The position numbers and the translations under genes were made by a program. Below, piece after piece: positions 9,634-19,013 of a DNA stretch of 64,000 nt. The DNA comes from Candidatus Poribacteria bacterium (GTDB taxonomy: Bacteria > Poribacteria > WGA-4E > WGA-3G): NCBI GenBank assembly GCA_965205015.1, contig OZ242029.1, positions 3,680,001-3,744,000 on the forward strand, read 5' to 3'. The first letter of the stretch is position 1. Every line of letters starts with the position of its first letter. A model generated the notes under the pieces. It worked only from the letters and a program-made list of their open reading frames with translations, had not been told where the DNA came from and did no database searches.

Positions 9634-11199
9634 TTATATCCTATCCTCCAAGATTTTTACAACATTTTCAGCAATGCGTTCCTCTAACTGATGTGCTTCT
9701 GCGTTCAGGACTTCCAATTCCTCGTTGAGTTCGCCAAACCGTTCTGCAAAGTCGAAATCATCAGGTGTCTGTTCAGCGACTCCGACGTAACGCCCAGGAT
9801 TGAGACTCCATCCTTGTGCCTCAATCTCAGCAAGAGTCGCCACCTTGCAAAGTCCCGGAACGTCAACGTATTCTGTCTCGGGGAATTTTGTGGCGAGGAA
9901 ATCCGCGCTGTCGTGTTGGTCTTCAGGGCCTTCTCCGCGATAGAGTCTCACAATGTTCGCCAGGAATTCGAGTTGCAAGGGTGTGAATTCCCGATGTGCG
10001 CGACTCACCTGTTGATAGAGATGGCGTGCGTCTATAAACAAAACTTTATCGTGCCTATCGCTGTCCCGTTTGGATTTGTCAAAGAACCAGAGGGTGCAGG
10101 GCAGGGTGACGGTATAGAAAAAATTTGAGGCGATACTGACAACGACATCAACAGCTCCCTCTTTGATAATCTCGGTTCGGACTTCCAGTTCAGAGGCACG
10201 GGCATCGGCGGCGGAGTTCGCCATCACAAAGCCTGCACGTCCAGTCTCAGAAAGAGAACTATAGAAGAGTTGAATCCAGAGGTAATTGGCATTGTCAACG
10301 CGAGGGATACCGAAGGGAAATCGAGGGTCGTCTTTGATACGTTCTCTATCCACGCGATCTACATTGAAAGGTGGATTTGCCATGACGAAGTCAAACTTGC
10401 CAAGGCAATTATGTGGATCTTCGTAGTAACTGTTGGCTTGTCTAACATCGCCTTCAAGTCCATGCACGGCAAGATTCATTTTACACAATCTAATCGTTTC
10501 GGCGACGCGTTCCACGCCGTGGATACTGATGTGCCCTTGATTTCCATTGCTCTGGTGGTTGCGAATAAATTCAGCACTCTGGACGAACATGCCGCCAGAG
10601 CCACACGCAGGGTCGAGGATACGCCCGTGAAAGGGTTGAAGGATTTCGACGATGAGTTTAACGAGGGAGGTAGGCGTGAAGAACTCACCGCCGCGTTGCC
10701 CCTCACTCATGGCGAAGTTGCCGAGAAAGTACTCGTATACCTTTCCAAAAGCATCACCTTCAATGTCCATAGGGATCTGTTCCATGATGCGGAGAAGTTC
10801 AAGGAGCGTATTCTTTTCAAGGCGGTTGTAAGTCTTGGGGAGGATTCCCGCAACCTGTGGATTTTCTGTTTCAATTGCCTTCATCGCATCAGTGACGGCT
10901 TGCCCGATGTTTTCGCTCTCTGGTAAACTGAGGAGGTGTTGGAAACGGGCATTGTCCGGTAGATAAAACACGCCACGCGCTTGGTATTGTGTTCTTGGGT
11001 CGGTCCACCTGCGCCTGCTCGTAGAGGCTTCGCTATTGATTTCTTGCTCGGCTTGCGTAAATTTATGATCGGCGTATCTTAGGAAGATAAGCCCAAGCAC
11101 AGGCGTTGAATATTCTGAAGCCCGAAGACGTGAATTAGCTCTGAGTTCATCGGCGGCACTCCAGAGGCGGTTTTCGATTTCCGCAAGGTTGGTGTCCAT
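9634..11199 (-). CDS. hsdM: type I R-M methyltransferase subunit M
   Basis: [30 protein letters not shown]. Likely start ATG at 11199. Confidence 0.95.
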   Translation of the reverse strand: MDTNLAEIENRLWSAADELRANSRLRASEYSTPVLGLIFLRYADHKFTQAEQEINSEASTSRRRWTDPRTQYQARGVFYLPDNARFQHLLSLPESENIGQAVTDAMKAIETENPQVAGILPKTYNRLEKNTLLELLRIMEQIPMDIEGDAFGKVYEYFLGNFAMSEGQRGGEFFTPTSLVKLIVEILQPFHGRILDPACGSGGMFVQSAEFIRNHQSNGNQGHISIHGVERVAETIRLCKMNLAVHGLEGDVRQANSYYEDPHNCLGKFDFVMANPPFNVDRVDRERIKDDPRFPFGIPRVDNANYLWIQLFYSSLSETGRAGFVMANSAADARASELEVRTEIIKEGAVDVVVSIASNFFYTVTLPCTLWFFDKSKRDSDRHDKVLFIDARHLYQQVSRAHREFTPLQLEFLANIVRLYRGEGPEDQHDSADFLATKFPETEYVDVPGLCKVATLAEIEAQGWSLNPGRYVGVAEQTPDDFDFAERFGELNEELEVLNAEAHQLEERIAENVVKILEDRI

Positions 11200-11222
11200 A
11201 ATGTTCCGTTTCCGTAGTGTTT

Positions 11223-11281
11223 TGTAGCGCAAACTTTTTAGTTTGCGGACACATCTGCACAATCTAACAGATTATGCTACA
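11223..11281. repeat. GTAG-type REP-like hairpin doublet
   Basis: TGTAGCGCAAACT-TTTT-AGTTTGCG ... AATCT-AAC-AGATT-ATGCTACA; a related half occurs at 47525-47549. Confidence 0.55.
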
Positions 11282-11296
11282 AAGGAGCAAATTAGG

Positions 11297-14200
11297 TTAG
11301 AAGTAAGATCTGCCGAGTGAGTTTCCGACACCGAATGCGTTGTAAGGCGCGCCAGCGGGTAAGGTGCGGAGTCCCCACGTTTCAGTCGTTGCGTCGTAAC
11401 CGACACCCATCGAAACCGCAGGCTCCTGAATCAGATTCACTTGGAACGTGAAGTCCTGACGGACACTGTTGTAGGCTGAGGGTACATTATCGCGCTGAAT
11501 ACCGACACGGTTCCAAGAGATACGGAGGTTCCAATCGTGGAGGTTACGCGTCATACTCACGCGTTGTGAATAAAATTGTCCGTCAATCGGATAATAGATA
11601 AGGCTCACGTCGAATTCAAGGTCTTGGCTAAAGCGGTAGCGTCCAGTGGCGGTAATAGATCGAGATGCTCGTCTGGAGGTATGCCGCTTGCTGAAAGAGT
11701 TACCGATACTGACGTTCCAAGAGGGTCGGGTATAGCGGATGTTGGTACGGAACCCGACCATTTTGAATTGTTTTCCATCATCGGGATGTGGATTGGGATC
11801 GTGTGTGAATCGGACGGTCATGTTGAGGTTCCGACTCGGGAGCGGGACGAATGTGAAATCGCTCTCAATGGGTTCATACTTCCGCCTATACAAGGGATCG
11901 AAATCCGTGAAATCGGCAGTGAGTCGGGTATCAAAATAGAAGATACGGTGTGCCGACTGGCTCCGTCGGGTCTTGATCTCAAAGTTTGTGTTGAAGTTAT
12001 AGGTGAGCCTTTTCCGTTCATAGAAATAGGTGCTGGGACCGAAAGGATAAAGGTTCTCGTCTTCATCAACAGCAGGTTGATAATTGAATCGGAGTGAGGA
12101 TTGGATTTCGTGTCTCAACTTTCGGAGCCCAGGGATATAACCGACGTTGAAGACTCGGAAGAGTGTGTTCGTGGCGGATCCATTAAAACTGTAAACGCCT
12201 TTTACGATGTTCCTATTTTTCTCCTGGTCTTGGTCGTGCCAGATCATGTTTGTATTGAGATCGAGGCTCATTTGGAGTTCCCGCAAGGGGGTAATCAGGA
12301 GCGTTGACTGCTTACGGATATCGAATCCGAGGTCTACCGTCTGTAGATATACATCTCTCTCCTCTACTTTACCCTTATAGACTTCTCTAAAAAAGTTACC
12401 GAGTTCAATATCCAAGTCGAAACTTGTGCTTTCAAGCGTCGGAACGGTGAAAAGTGAGAGAAAAGGTGTCTCTGTTCTGAATTTTTCAGCAACACTTTCC
12501 ATACGATCATTAAGGCTCCCAAGGAGAGGGAGTGCACTCATACGCATTCGCGAGAAATTCAGCGTAAATTGTGGCAGTTTCTGTAGCGAGGTTGTGCCTT
12601 CACCCGTGAAATCGTGAACGTGTCGGACTTCAAGTCTACCGGTAATATCTCCGATTGTTTCCCGCGAGAATGTGAGGTTGCCATTTTCGTCGCGATCCCT
12701 GTCGGACACGGTAGACAAACCGGTGCCGTAGGTGAGTATTGAGAAAGTGTTAAGCCTGGATTCTCCGGGAAGTTTTAGTTCTTCCTTGAAATTACGGGCT
12801 TGCAATTCTGTTCTACCCGTGAAATTGATAGGACGTCTCCCCTCTTCACGACTGTCCCACGGCGTATAGAAAGATTGTGTATGCCCCCATCGCATGATCC
12901 ACCGTCTACCGATCCGTGTCGCGTTCTGGCGTTCGTAAGAGTAGCGGTCTGCACCGTAGAAGTAAATATCGCCTCGATAGGTCCTCTTTTTGTCGACTTT
13001 GATGAGCCGGAAGGACTTTTTGGTTTGAATAGGACGGCTGCTATATTCACCTGCGTATAGCCTTTGGGCATCTGAAGCGACGGCACTCGGATCCTCCCAC
13101 CGTCCCCGAAAACCGTGTTTCCGATAGACTTTCAGTTCTTCCTCCTCGTCCTCGGCATCTTCTTCAGCATCGGCGTCTGCTTCATCCTCAGCATCTGCTT
13201 CAGCATCGGCGTCTGTGGACGCTGCATCGTCATCGGACGGATCGGGAGTCGTTTCGCCTTCTGCTTCGCTTTCTGATTCGTCCGGCTCTACGGTTTGGTC
13301 TTTATCGGTATCATCTTCGCCCCGCTCTACGCTCTGATTTTCATCGGTATCGCTTTGTGAGGGCGAGGGAACCTCGGCCCTACGCGGCGGCTCTGGTGTG
13401 GGGGCTACAGTGTCAGGTTCTTGTGTCTGTACTTCTTCAGTTGTATCTTGCGATTCATCGCCTTCCTCTATATCTTGTGCTTCACCGCCTTCCTCTATAT
13501 CTTGGGACTCACCCTCTTCCCCGGTTTCTTCCGGTTTAGGATTCATCACATCTTCGTAGAAAGCGTCCCATTCCGCTTCAAACTGTTCAGCGAGTGCCTC
13601 AAAGGTTGGGGTCTCCTCCTTTTCAATCAATTGGAAAATGTAGAGACCTTCAGGCATGGTGATAGGTCTCCGTTCGATAACATCCCCGGGATTCTCTAAT
13701 CGCCTCACTGCGGAACGCCACGAGGATTCCATTTCATTTAGGAGTAAACCTTTCCCTTCATTCGGTTCGGATAAGGTCGGTTCGGCAATGTCTGCGAATT
13801 GATCAGGCACGTGTATCAGTTGTTCAAAAGGCTCACCTTCTTGGGCACGTTTGAGCATGTCATCTGCTAATTCGCGTAGGACGTATTCCGTATCTTCACT
13901 GGCGGTAATAGCGATGTCAATGCGGCGGACTTTAATTTCACGTTCGCCGTAGACATCAACAACGCGATCGGCTTTAAGGATGTGGAAGGCAGACTCGGTT
14001 TGGACGATAGGGCTAATTTCGCCCTCTTGTAGTGCGAACGCGGCTTCCTCTAAAACGGGGTCAAGTTTGGGTTTACCGTCCTCATCAACTTCACCGGGAA
14101 CGAGGAATCCCAGGTCGCCGCCATCGTAACGGGTGTCGAAATGGTCAGAATTGCTCTGTGCGATTTCTGCGAAGTCAGCCCCCTCTTCTTGGAGCTGCCC

Positions 14201-15328
14201 GAGGACTTCTTCTGCCTTGTCTCTCGCACGCTTGATATCATCTTCGGTGATTTTATATTCAATAAAAATCTGACGCAGCCAGTAACGGACGTATTCACCG
14301 TCAAGTCGATCTTGCAATTCATCTGCTTTTTCTTTTAACTTCGTGCGTTGGTTCGGTGTTACATCAGGTGGAATCGGGATATGGATTTCTTGAAACTGTG
14401 TATCATTGAATCGGTATTTACCTTCGAACCCATATCCCTGTCCGCGCTTTGAACTTCTATCGTAGAGCAGTGCCCCATCGTAACGGCGTTTACGTGCCAC
14501 AGGTAAGATGATGCTGATGTTGGGACCTTGGTAACTATCCGTCCCGAGTTTGACGATAATCTTTGCAATTTTACCTTTCCGTATATCTCGTCGGATGACG
14601 GGAAAATAGAAGAGTGGAAATCCCCCAATACGTAAGACGATATTTTTAGCGATCATCTCCCGATCCTTGTGGACAATGACTTCGGAAACGCTGAAATAGT
14701 AGTGCGGATGTTTCAGGGAACAGGTCGTCAGGGATGCCCCGCGGATATAGGAGCGGTCTTCCTGTATTTTAAAGATTTCACTGCCGCCGAAGTACCACGG
14801 ATCGCTGAAGGTAAATCCGTTGCGGGCAATTCCTTTTTTGTTTTCGAGATTGAAGATGAGTTCATCGGAGTAAGTCTCTTCGTCCCCAATCTTTAGATGA
14901 ACGTTTCCAGATGCGCGCATCAGGTTTTCGTCAAAGTCTGCCCAGATATGGTCTGCTCGGAGAACGACATCCTCAAATTTAATAAGCGCATTTCCGTGAA
15001 TTTGGACGAAATTGTCAACCATAGCCATATCATCGCCATCGCCAATCACCATACCTTCTCCAGGTACATCTTTTTCGGGATTTAACCGCTCTGAGGCGGC
15101 TTCCTCCTCTTGTGTCTCATCCGTCGATTCGGGGACCCCCGTTTCAGACGCGGGAGGTTCAACGGATTGTGCCTCTTGCGCTATACTGTACTGTATTGGG
15201 CACAGGAGACATGCAATGACGAATAGTGCCAGTAGGGGCTGGGTTACCCAACCCCTACTACGCTCAATTCTGGGCATGGGGATAAGGAAGGCGTGATGAA
15301 TGAAATGGAGAGCAGTCCAGGAGGCCAT
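11297..15328 (-). CDS. lptD: LPS-assembly protein LptD with inserted parvulin PPIase domains and an acidic linker
   Basis: OstA-like N domain (LRADHI...ASGNV...TTCSLKHPHYYF...GFPLFYFP), parvulin motif (ADFAEIAQSNSD...GGDLGF...EISPIVQTESAFHILK), and a beta-strand-rich C-terminus (RNLHDWNLRISW). Confidence 0.75.
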   Translation of the reverse strand: MASWTALHFIHHAFLIPMPRIERSRGWVTQPLLALFVIACLLCPIQYSIAQEAQSVEPPASETGVPESTDETQEEEAASERLNPEKDVPGEGMVIGDGDDMAMVDNFVQIHGNALIKFEDVVLRADHIWADFDENLMRASGNVHLKIGDEETYSDELIFNLENKKGIARNGFTFSDPWYFGGSEIFKIQEDRSYIRGASLTTCSLKHPHYYFSVSEVIVHKDREMIAKNIVLRIGGFPLFYFPVIRRDIRKGKIAKIIVKLGTDSYQGPNISIILPVARKRRYDGALLYDRSSKRGQGYGFEGKYRFNDTQFQEIHIPIPPDVTPNQRTKLKEKADELQDRLDGEYVRYWLRQIFIEYKITEDDIKRARDKAEEVLGQLQEEGADFAEIAQSNSDHFDTRYDGGDLGFLVPGEVDEDGKPKLDPVLEEAAFALQEGEISPIVQTESAFHILKADRVVDVYGEREIKVRRIDIAITASEDTEYVLRELADDMLKRAQEGEPFEQLIHVPDQFADIAEPTLSEPNEGKGLLLNEMESSWRSAVRRLENPGDVIERRPITMPEGLYIFQLIEKEETPTFEALAEQFEAEWDAFYEDVMNPKPEETGEEGESQDIEEGGEAQDIEEGDESQDTTEEVQTQEPDTVAPTPEPPRRAEVPSPSQSDTDENQSVERGEDDTDKDQTVEPDESESEAEGETTPDPSDDDAASTDADAEADAEDEADADAEEDAEDEEEELKVYRKHGFRGRWEDPSAVASDAQRLYAGEYSSRPIQTKKSFRLIKVDKKRTYRGDIYFYGADRYSYERQNATRIGRRWIMRWGHTQSFYTPWDSREEGRRPINFTGRTELQARNFKEELKLPGESRLNTFSILTYGTGLSTVSDRDRDENGNLTFSRETIGDITGRLEVRHVHDFTGEGTTSLQKLPQFTLNFSRMRMSALPLLGSLNDRMESVAEKFRTETPFLSLFTVPTLESTSFDLDIELGNFFREVYKGKVEERDVYLQTVDLGFDIRKQSTLLITPLRELQMSLDLNTNMIWHDQDQEKNRNIVKGVYSFNGSATNTLFRVFNVGYIPGLRKLRHEIQSSLRFNYQPAVDEDENLYPFGPSTYFYERKRLTYNFNTNFEIKTRRSQSAHRIFYFDTRLTADFTDFDPLYRRKYEPIESDFTFVPLPSRNLNMTVRFTHDPNPHPDDGKQFKMVGFRTNIRYTRPSWNVSIGNSFSKRHTSRRASRSITATGRYRFSQDLEFDVSLIYYPIDGQFYSQRVSMTRNLHDWNLRISWNRVGIQRDNVPSAYNSVRQDFTFQVNLIQEPAVSMGVGYDATTETWGLRTLPAGAPYNAFGVGNSLGRSYF

Positions 15329-15331
15329 AAA

Positions 15332-16639
15332 CTAAAAATCTTTCAGTTCAATTCTAATGTAAGCGTTTTCAAGAAGTTTGTTAGTATAGGCATCCCATTC
15401 CTCTTGGAACCGCTGCTGGCGGAGTATTGCGGTAATCTGTTGTTTCTCTACCTCACTGAGGCTTGGGCTATTCCGTTCGTCGACTTTAAAGATGTGGAGC
15501 CCAGATTCAGTTTCGTGCGGTTGACTGTAGGTGTCGGGTTCGAGTGCTTCAATGGTTGTCCGGGTTTTCGGATTGAGTTCAGTTAAGGAGCGGACCCCGA
15601 GGTCACCGCCGTTATCTCGCGTTTCGGTATCGTCGGAATGTGCCGCTGCGAGTGCATTGAAATCTTCGCCGTTCTCCAGTTTTTTGAAAACTTCAACAAT
15701 ACGCTCGCGCGCTTCCTGTATAGCTTCCGCACTCGGTATGAGGGGAACGATGAGATACCGAAATGCGATCATCTGATCGGTTTTCATTGCGATCGTGAAG
15801 ACATAGAGTCCCTCGTTTCCTTCAACCGGCTCGCTGAATGTGCCAGTCTCCAAGTTTGTGAGTACATCTTGGAATATCTTTGGGAACCTTTTGAGCTCCT
15901 CTGCAGTAGCTTCTATGAGAATTCCTGCCTGTGAACTTGGGTTTTCCTTGGAGGTGTATCGCTGTGCAACCTCCTCGAACTTCGCGCGACCCGTTGTGAT
16001 TTCATTGAGCAATTTTTGAACAGTTTCAAATGCTGCATCCCGGTCGGCTTGATTCGGTTTAAAGGCGACAAAAATGTGCCGTAAATGCACTTTATCTATT
16101 TTGGTGGGGAGTTGGTCCCGATTTTCCTCAAAAAATTCTTGGATCTCACGCTCTCGCACTTGCAAGCGAGGGACAATTCTCCCCATCACAAGCTTCTCTG
16201 CTTTGAGATTTCGCTCCGACTGCTCTCGAAATGCTACGAGTGTCATACCTTCTCTGTTTAATTGCTTTTTAAATTCTTCGTCTGTTTCAATCTTATATCT
16301 TTTCTTAAAGTCTTGGATGTACTGCTCAATTTCCACATCGCTGACGGTAACTTTCAGCGTTAAGGCGGCTTCCAAAAGGAGCATCTGCCTGATAAGTCGG
16401 TCAAGTAATTCAGGTCTTTGTCGTTCTGCCTCGTTGAGTGCCTCGCGTTCGCTGAAACGATAAACCTGTTGGAGTTCCATGGCGCGCTGATTCACCAAGA
16501 CATCAAGTTCCCTCTTGGTCACGACATCGTCATTAACGTAAGCGATGATTTTGTCAAAAGTGCGAGCCGCACTACTCCGCACACCACCGATGATGAGCAA
16601 TAGAATGAACATGAGACAGGCAGTTGTTCTACACGCCAT
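15332..16639 (-). CDS. surA: SurA-like chaperone / peptidylprolyl isomerase
   Basis: DKIIAYVNDDVVTKREL N-domain; VHLRHIFV; GEDFNALAAAHSDD...NGGDLG. Confidence 0.85.
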   Translation of the reverse strand: MACRTTACLMFILLLIIGGVRSSAARTFDKIIAYVNDDVVTKRELDVLVNQRAMELQQVYRFSEREALNEAERQRPELLDRLIRQMLLLEAALTLKVTVSDVEIEQYIQDFKKRYKIETDEEFKKQLNREGMTLVAFREQSERNLKAEKLVMGRIVPRLQVREREIQEFFEENRDQLPTKIDKVHLRHIFVAFKPNQADRDAAFETVQKLLNEITTGRAKFEEVAQRYTSKENPSSQAGILIEATAEELKRFPKIFQDVLTNLETGTFSEPVEGNEGLYVFTIAMKTDQMIAFRYLIVPLIPSAEAIQEARERIVEVFKKLENGEDFNALAAAHSDDTETRDNGGDLGVRSLTELNPKTRTTIEALEPDTYSQPHETESGLHIFKVDERNSPSLSEVEKQQITAILRQQRFQEEWDAYTNKLLENAYIRIELKDF

Positions 16640-16669
16640 TATGGATACCTCCGTTATCAGTCTTCGGTT

Positions 16670-16742
16670 GGGAGCGTGGATGTGGTTGGAAGGTTGGAAG
16701 GTTGGGGGCACCCATCCTTCCATTCTTCCTCTCTTCCATCCG
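16670..16742. repeat. GGAAG/CTTCC octamer-arm hairpin element
   Basis: GGAAGGTT units followed by inverted CTTCCA units; similar elements at about 42335-42380 and 49777-49850. Confidence 0.6.
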
Positions 16743-16746
16743 AGGG

Positions 16747-17769
16747 TTATTCTTCAGGGGCTGCCTCTTCGGAGGGCTCCTCCTCCGCTGCCTCTTCGGT
16801 TTCTTCGGATTCTGCTTCTGGGATGCGATCTATGTACGTTTTGACCTCGGCGCGGTTTCGAAGTTCGGCAACCCAGTTATCCATGAGTTCCTGTCGCTTC
16901 TCGCGTTCCGCTTTCCGGATAACACTCTTCCGAACATCTTCCTCTTCAAACGGTTTTTGATATTCATCGCGAGCTTCGTCTTTTCGGAAGATCATGTAGT
17001 ATTTTTCTCCCTGAACGTCAACTTCAATGACACCATCGTACAGCTGACCGATTTCCGCAGTAAACGCCGCATCTAAGAAGGGTTCAGTTCCCGAAGGGAA
17101 AGAAGTCCGACTAATATAGTCCGTGTCACCCGGGGTAGCCGGATTTGCACCGGGACCAACGAGTTCACCACGGTCGGAGAGTTCCTGAGCGACTTCAAGG
17201 ATGTCTTTGCCTTCCTGGATTTGCGCGTAAACTTCATCAGCCCGATCTTTATTGAGGAGCGTGATACAGGAAAGCCTGACCTGCTCAGGACGCACGTACT
17301 CCGCTTTGTTCGCTTCATAGTACTGAACATAATCGTCTTCGGTCAAAGAGAGTTTATCGTCAATCTCTTGCGCGGTAATTTTCTTAACCATCAACTCGTG
17401 AAGATAATCCTGAACCTTCTTGAGGATTTCTGGGTCTTCGTTAAGTTTTTCGTCTCGGGCGAGACTGAGAATGAGTCGACTCTCCGCCATGAGAAGCATA
17501 TAGGTTTCCAGCCCCTCTTTATCCTGATATTGACGCTGTTTGTATTCGGGGAGTTCACTGATTTCCTGCATCATCTCTTCAAGGGTGATGCGGTGTTTGC
17601 CGTTCCAGTCAAATTCAGCGATGACCGTTCCATCAGCCCCGATCGCCTTGTCGCCGCAGCTATAGAAGACGGGATGCGTGACAAGGATCCCGATGAGAAG
17701 TAGGGGAATAACCGGAAATCTGGACTGATTCTTGATTCCGCCCATGAAGCGGGTAACTACTGTGAGCAT
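16747..17769 (-). CDS. PpiC/PrsA-type peptidylprolyl isomerase
   Basis: YVQYYEANKAEYVRPEQVRLSCI, parvulin fold, N-terminal signal. Confidence 0.8.
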   Translation of the reverse strand: MLTVVTRFMGGIKNQSRFPVIPLLLIGILVTHPVFYSCGDKAIGADGTVIAEFDWNGKHRITLEEMMQEISELPEYKQRQYQDKEGLETYMLLMAESRLILSLARDEKLNEDPEILKKVQDYLHELMVKKITAQEIDDKLSLTEDDYVQYYEANKAEYVRPEQVRLSCITLLNKDRADEVYAQIQEGKDILEVAQELSDRGELVGPGANPATPGDTDYISRTSFPSGTEPFLDAAFTAEIGQLYDGVIEVDVQGEKYYMIFRKDEARDEYQKPFEEEDVRKSVIRKAEREKRQELMDNWVAELRNRAEVKTYIDRIPEAESEETEEAAEEEPSEEAAPEE

Positions 17770-17787
17770 TTATCTAACTCCTTTTTT

Positions 17788-17874
17788 AATGGCTATCGGA
17801 GACCATCAGCTGTCGGCTGTCAGTAAAGAGGTATTCTACTACAGTAGAGTCCCCTTGCTGATTGCTGACCGCTA
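17788..17874. repeat. heptamer-arm (CTGAYRG/CYRTCAG-like) imperfect hairpin element
   Basis: Tandem ..TCAG/TCGG units and inverted CTGA.. units; similar at 18880-19010, 37083-37120, 42236-42320 and 42455-42550. Confidence 0.6.
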
Positions 17875-17883
17875 TTCTCCTGC

Positions 17884-18855
17884 CTACTGATCTGATTCCT
17901 CGGTTTCCGCTTCTTCGGGTTTTGGCGGTTCCGGAATATTTTCAGGATAGGTTTTCAACTGACCTTTCTCAGTAATTTCGGTGACCCATTCATTGATGCG
18001 TGCGCGTTTCTTTTCACGCTCCACCGTTCTTCGGACATCATCTTTGACCTCATCGAATTCCTGCTGACGGTCTGGGTGATGCTCTTCCTTACGGAAGATG
18101 AGGTAGAAGGTTTCTTCATTGACATCGACCTCAAAAAGGGTATCGGTCATTTCGCCGACCTCTTGCTCAAAAACAGCGTCAATGAACTCCGCCCAACGCG
18201 GGGACGCGGATTTGGTAAACATGTAGGTATTTCCTGGATCGTCCTTACTGGAGCCACCAGGTCCGTTGGCGAATTTACCTGCTTCAAAGACCTCTTTTGC
18301 CATCTCAACAATGTCTTTGCCAGCTTTGATGGCATCGAGGGTCTCGTTGGCAAAGTCTTCATCGTCAAGCGTAATGCAGGTTGCGCGAACCTTCGCTTCC
18401 TCAATGTAATCGCTCAAATTCGCTTGATATTGTGCCATGAGATCCTCATCGGAAATGATGATCTTAGCGTCCACTTCAGCTTCGGTCAATTTTTCAACCA
18501 TCAGCTGATGGGTATAGTCTTCAAGTTTTTTGAGGTGTTCGGCAAGCGAATCAAATCCGTCGTCGGCAGCGCGAAGAATCTGGAGGCGTTCATCTATCAA
18601 TTCCTCAAGATACTCGGCTTTGTCTTCCCGGGTCTCATAGTTCTGTTGGCGGTAAACGGGCAATTCTGCGATGGCAGCGTTCAAATCAGCCAATGAGATT
18701 TGATACGGCTTGCCATTCCACTTGTACTCTACTAAAATTACCTTGCTTTCGTCCATGGCAGACATGGGTTGTTCATGACCATCGGATTGAACAAATCTCC
18801 ATGTCAGTAGACAGGTCAGGGCAACAATTACAAAGATAGCAATCGTTTTTTTCAT
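17884..18855 (-). CDS. PpiC/PrsA-type peptidylprolyl isomerase (paralog of 16747-17769)
   Basis: Shares WNGK, ELP.Y.Q, VRATCITL and LIFRK.E blocks with the neighbouring gene. Start ATG at 18855. Confidence 0.8.
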   Translation of the reverse strand: MKKTIAIFVIVALTCLLTWRFVQSDGHEQPMSAMDESKVILVEYKWNGKPYQISLADLNAAIAELPVYRQQNYETREDKAEYLEELIDERLQILRAADDGFDSLAEHLKKLEDYTHQLMVEKLTEAEVDAKIIISDEDLMAQYQANLSDYIEEAKVRATCITLDDEDFANETLDAIKAGKDIVEMAKEVFEAGKFANGPGGSSKDDPGNTYMFTKSASPRWAEFIDAVFEQEVGEMTDTLFEVDVNEETFYLIFRKEEHHPDRQQEFDEVKDDVRRTVEREKKRARINEWVTEITEKGQLKTYPENIPEPPKPEEAETEESDQ

Positions 18856-19013
18856 ATTTTTAATGTTCCTTGCGGTTTCGTGGCTATCGGCAGAATAGCC
18901 GTCAGCCGTCAACCGTCAGCCGTCAGTCACAAAAGGAAACCTTTGTTAAACGCAAACCTTTTAACTGATAGCCGGCAGCCGATAACCGAGGGCTGATAGC
19001 TGATTGCCGTTGG

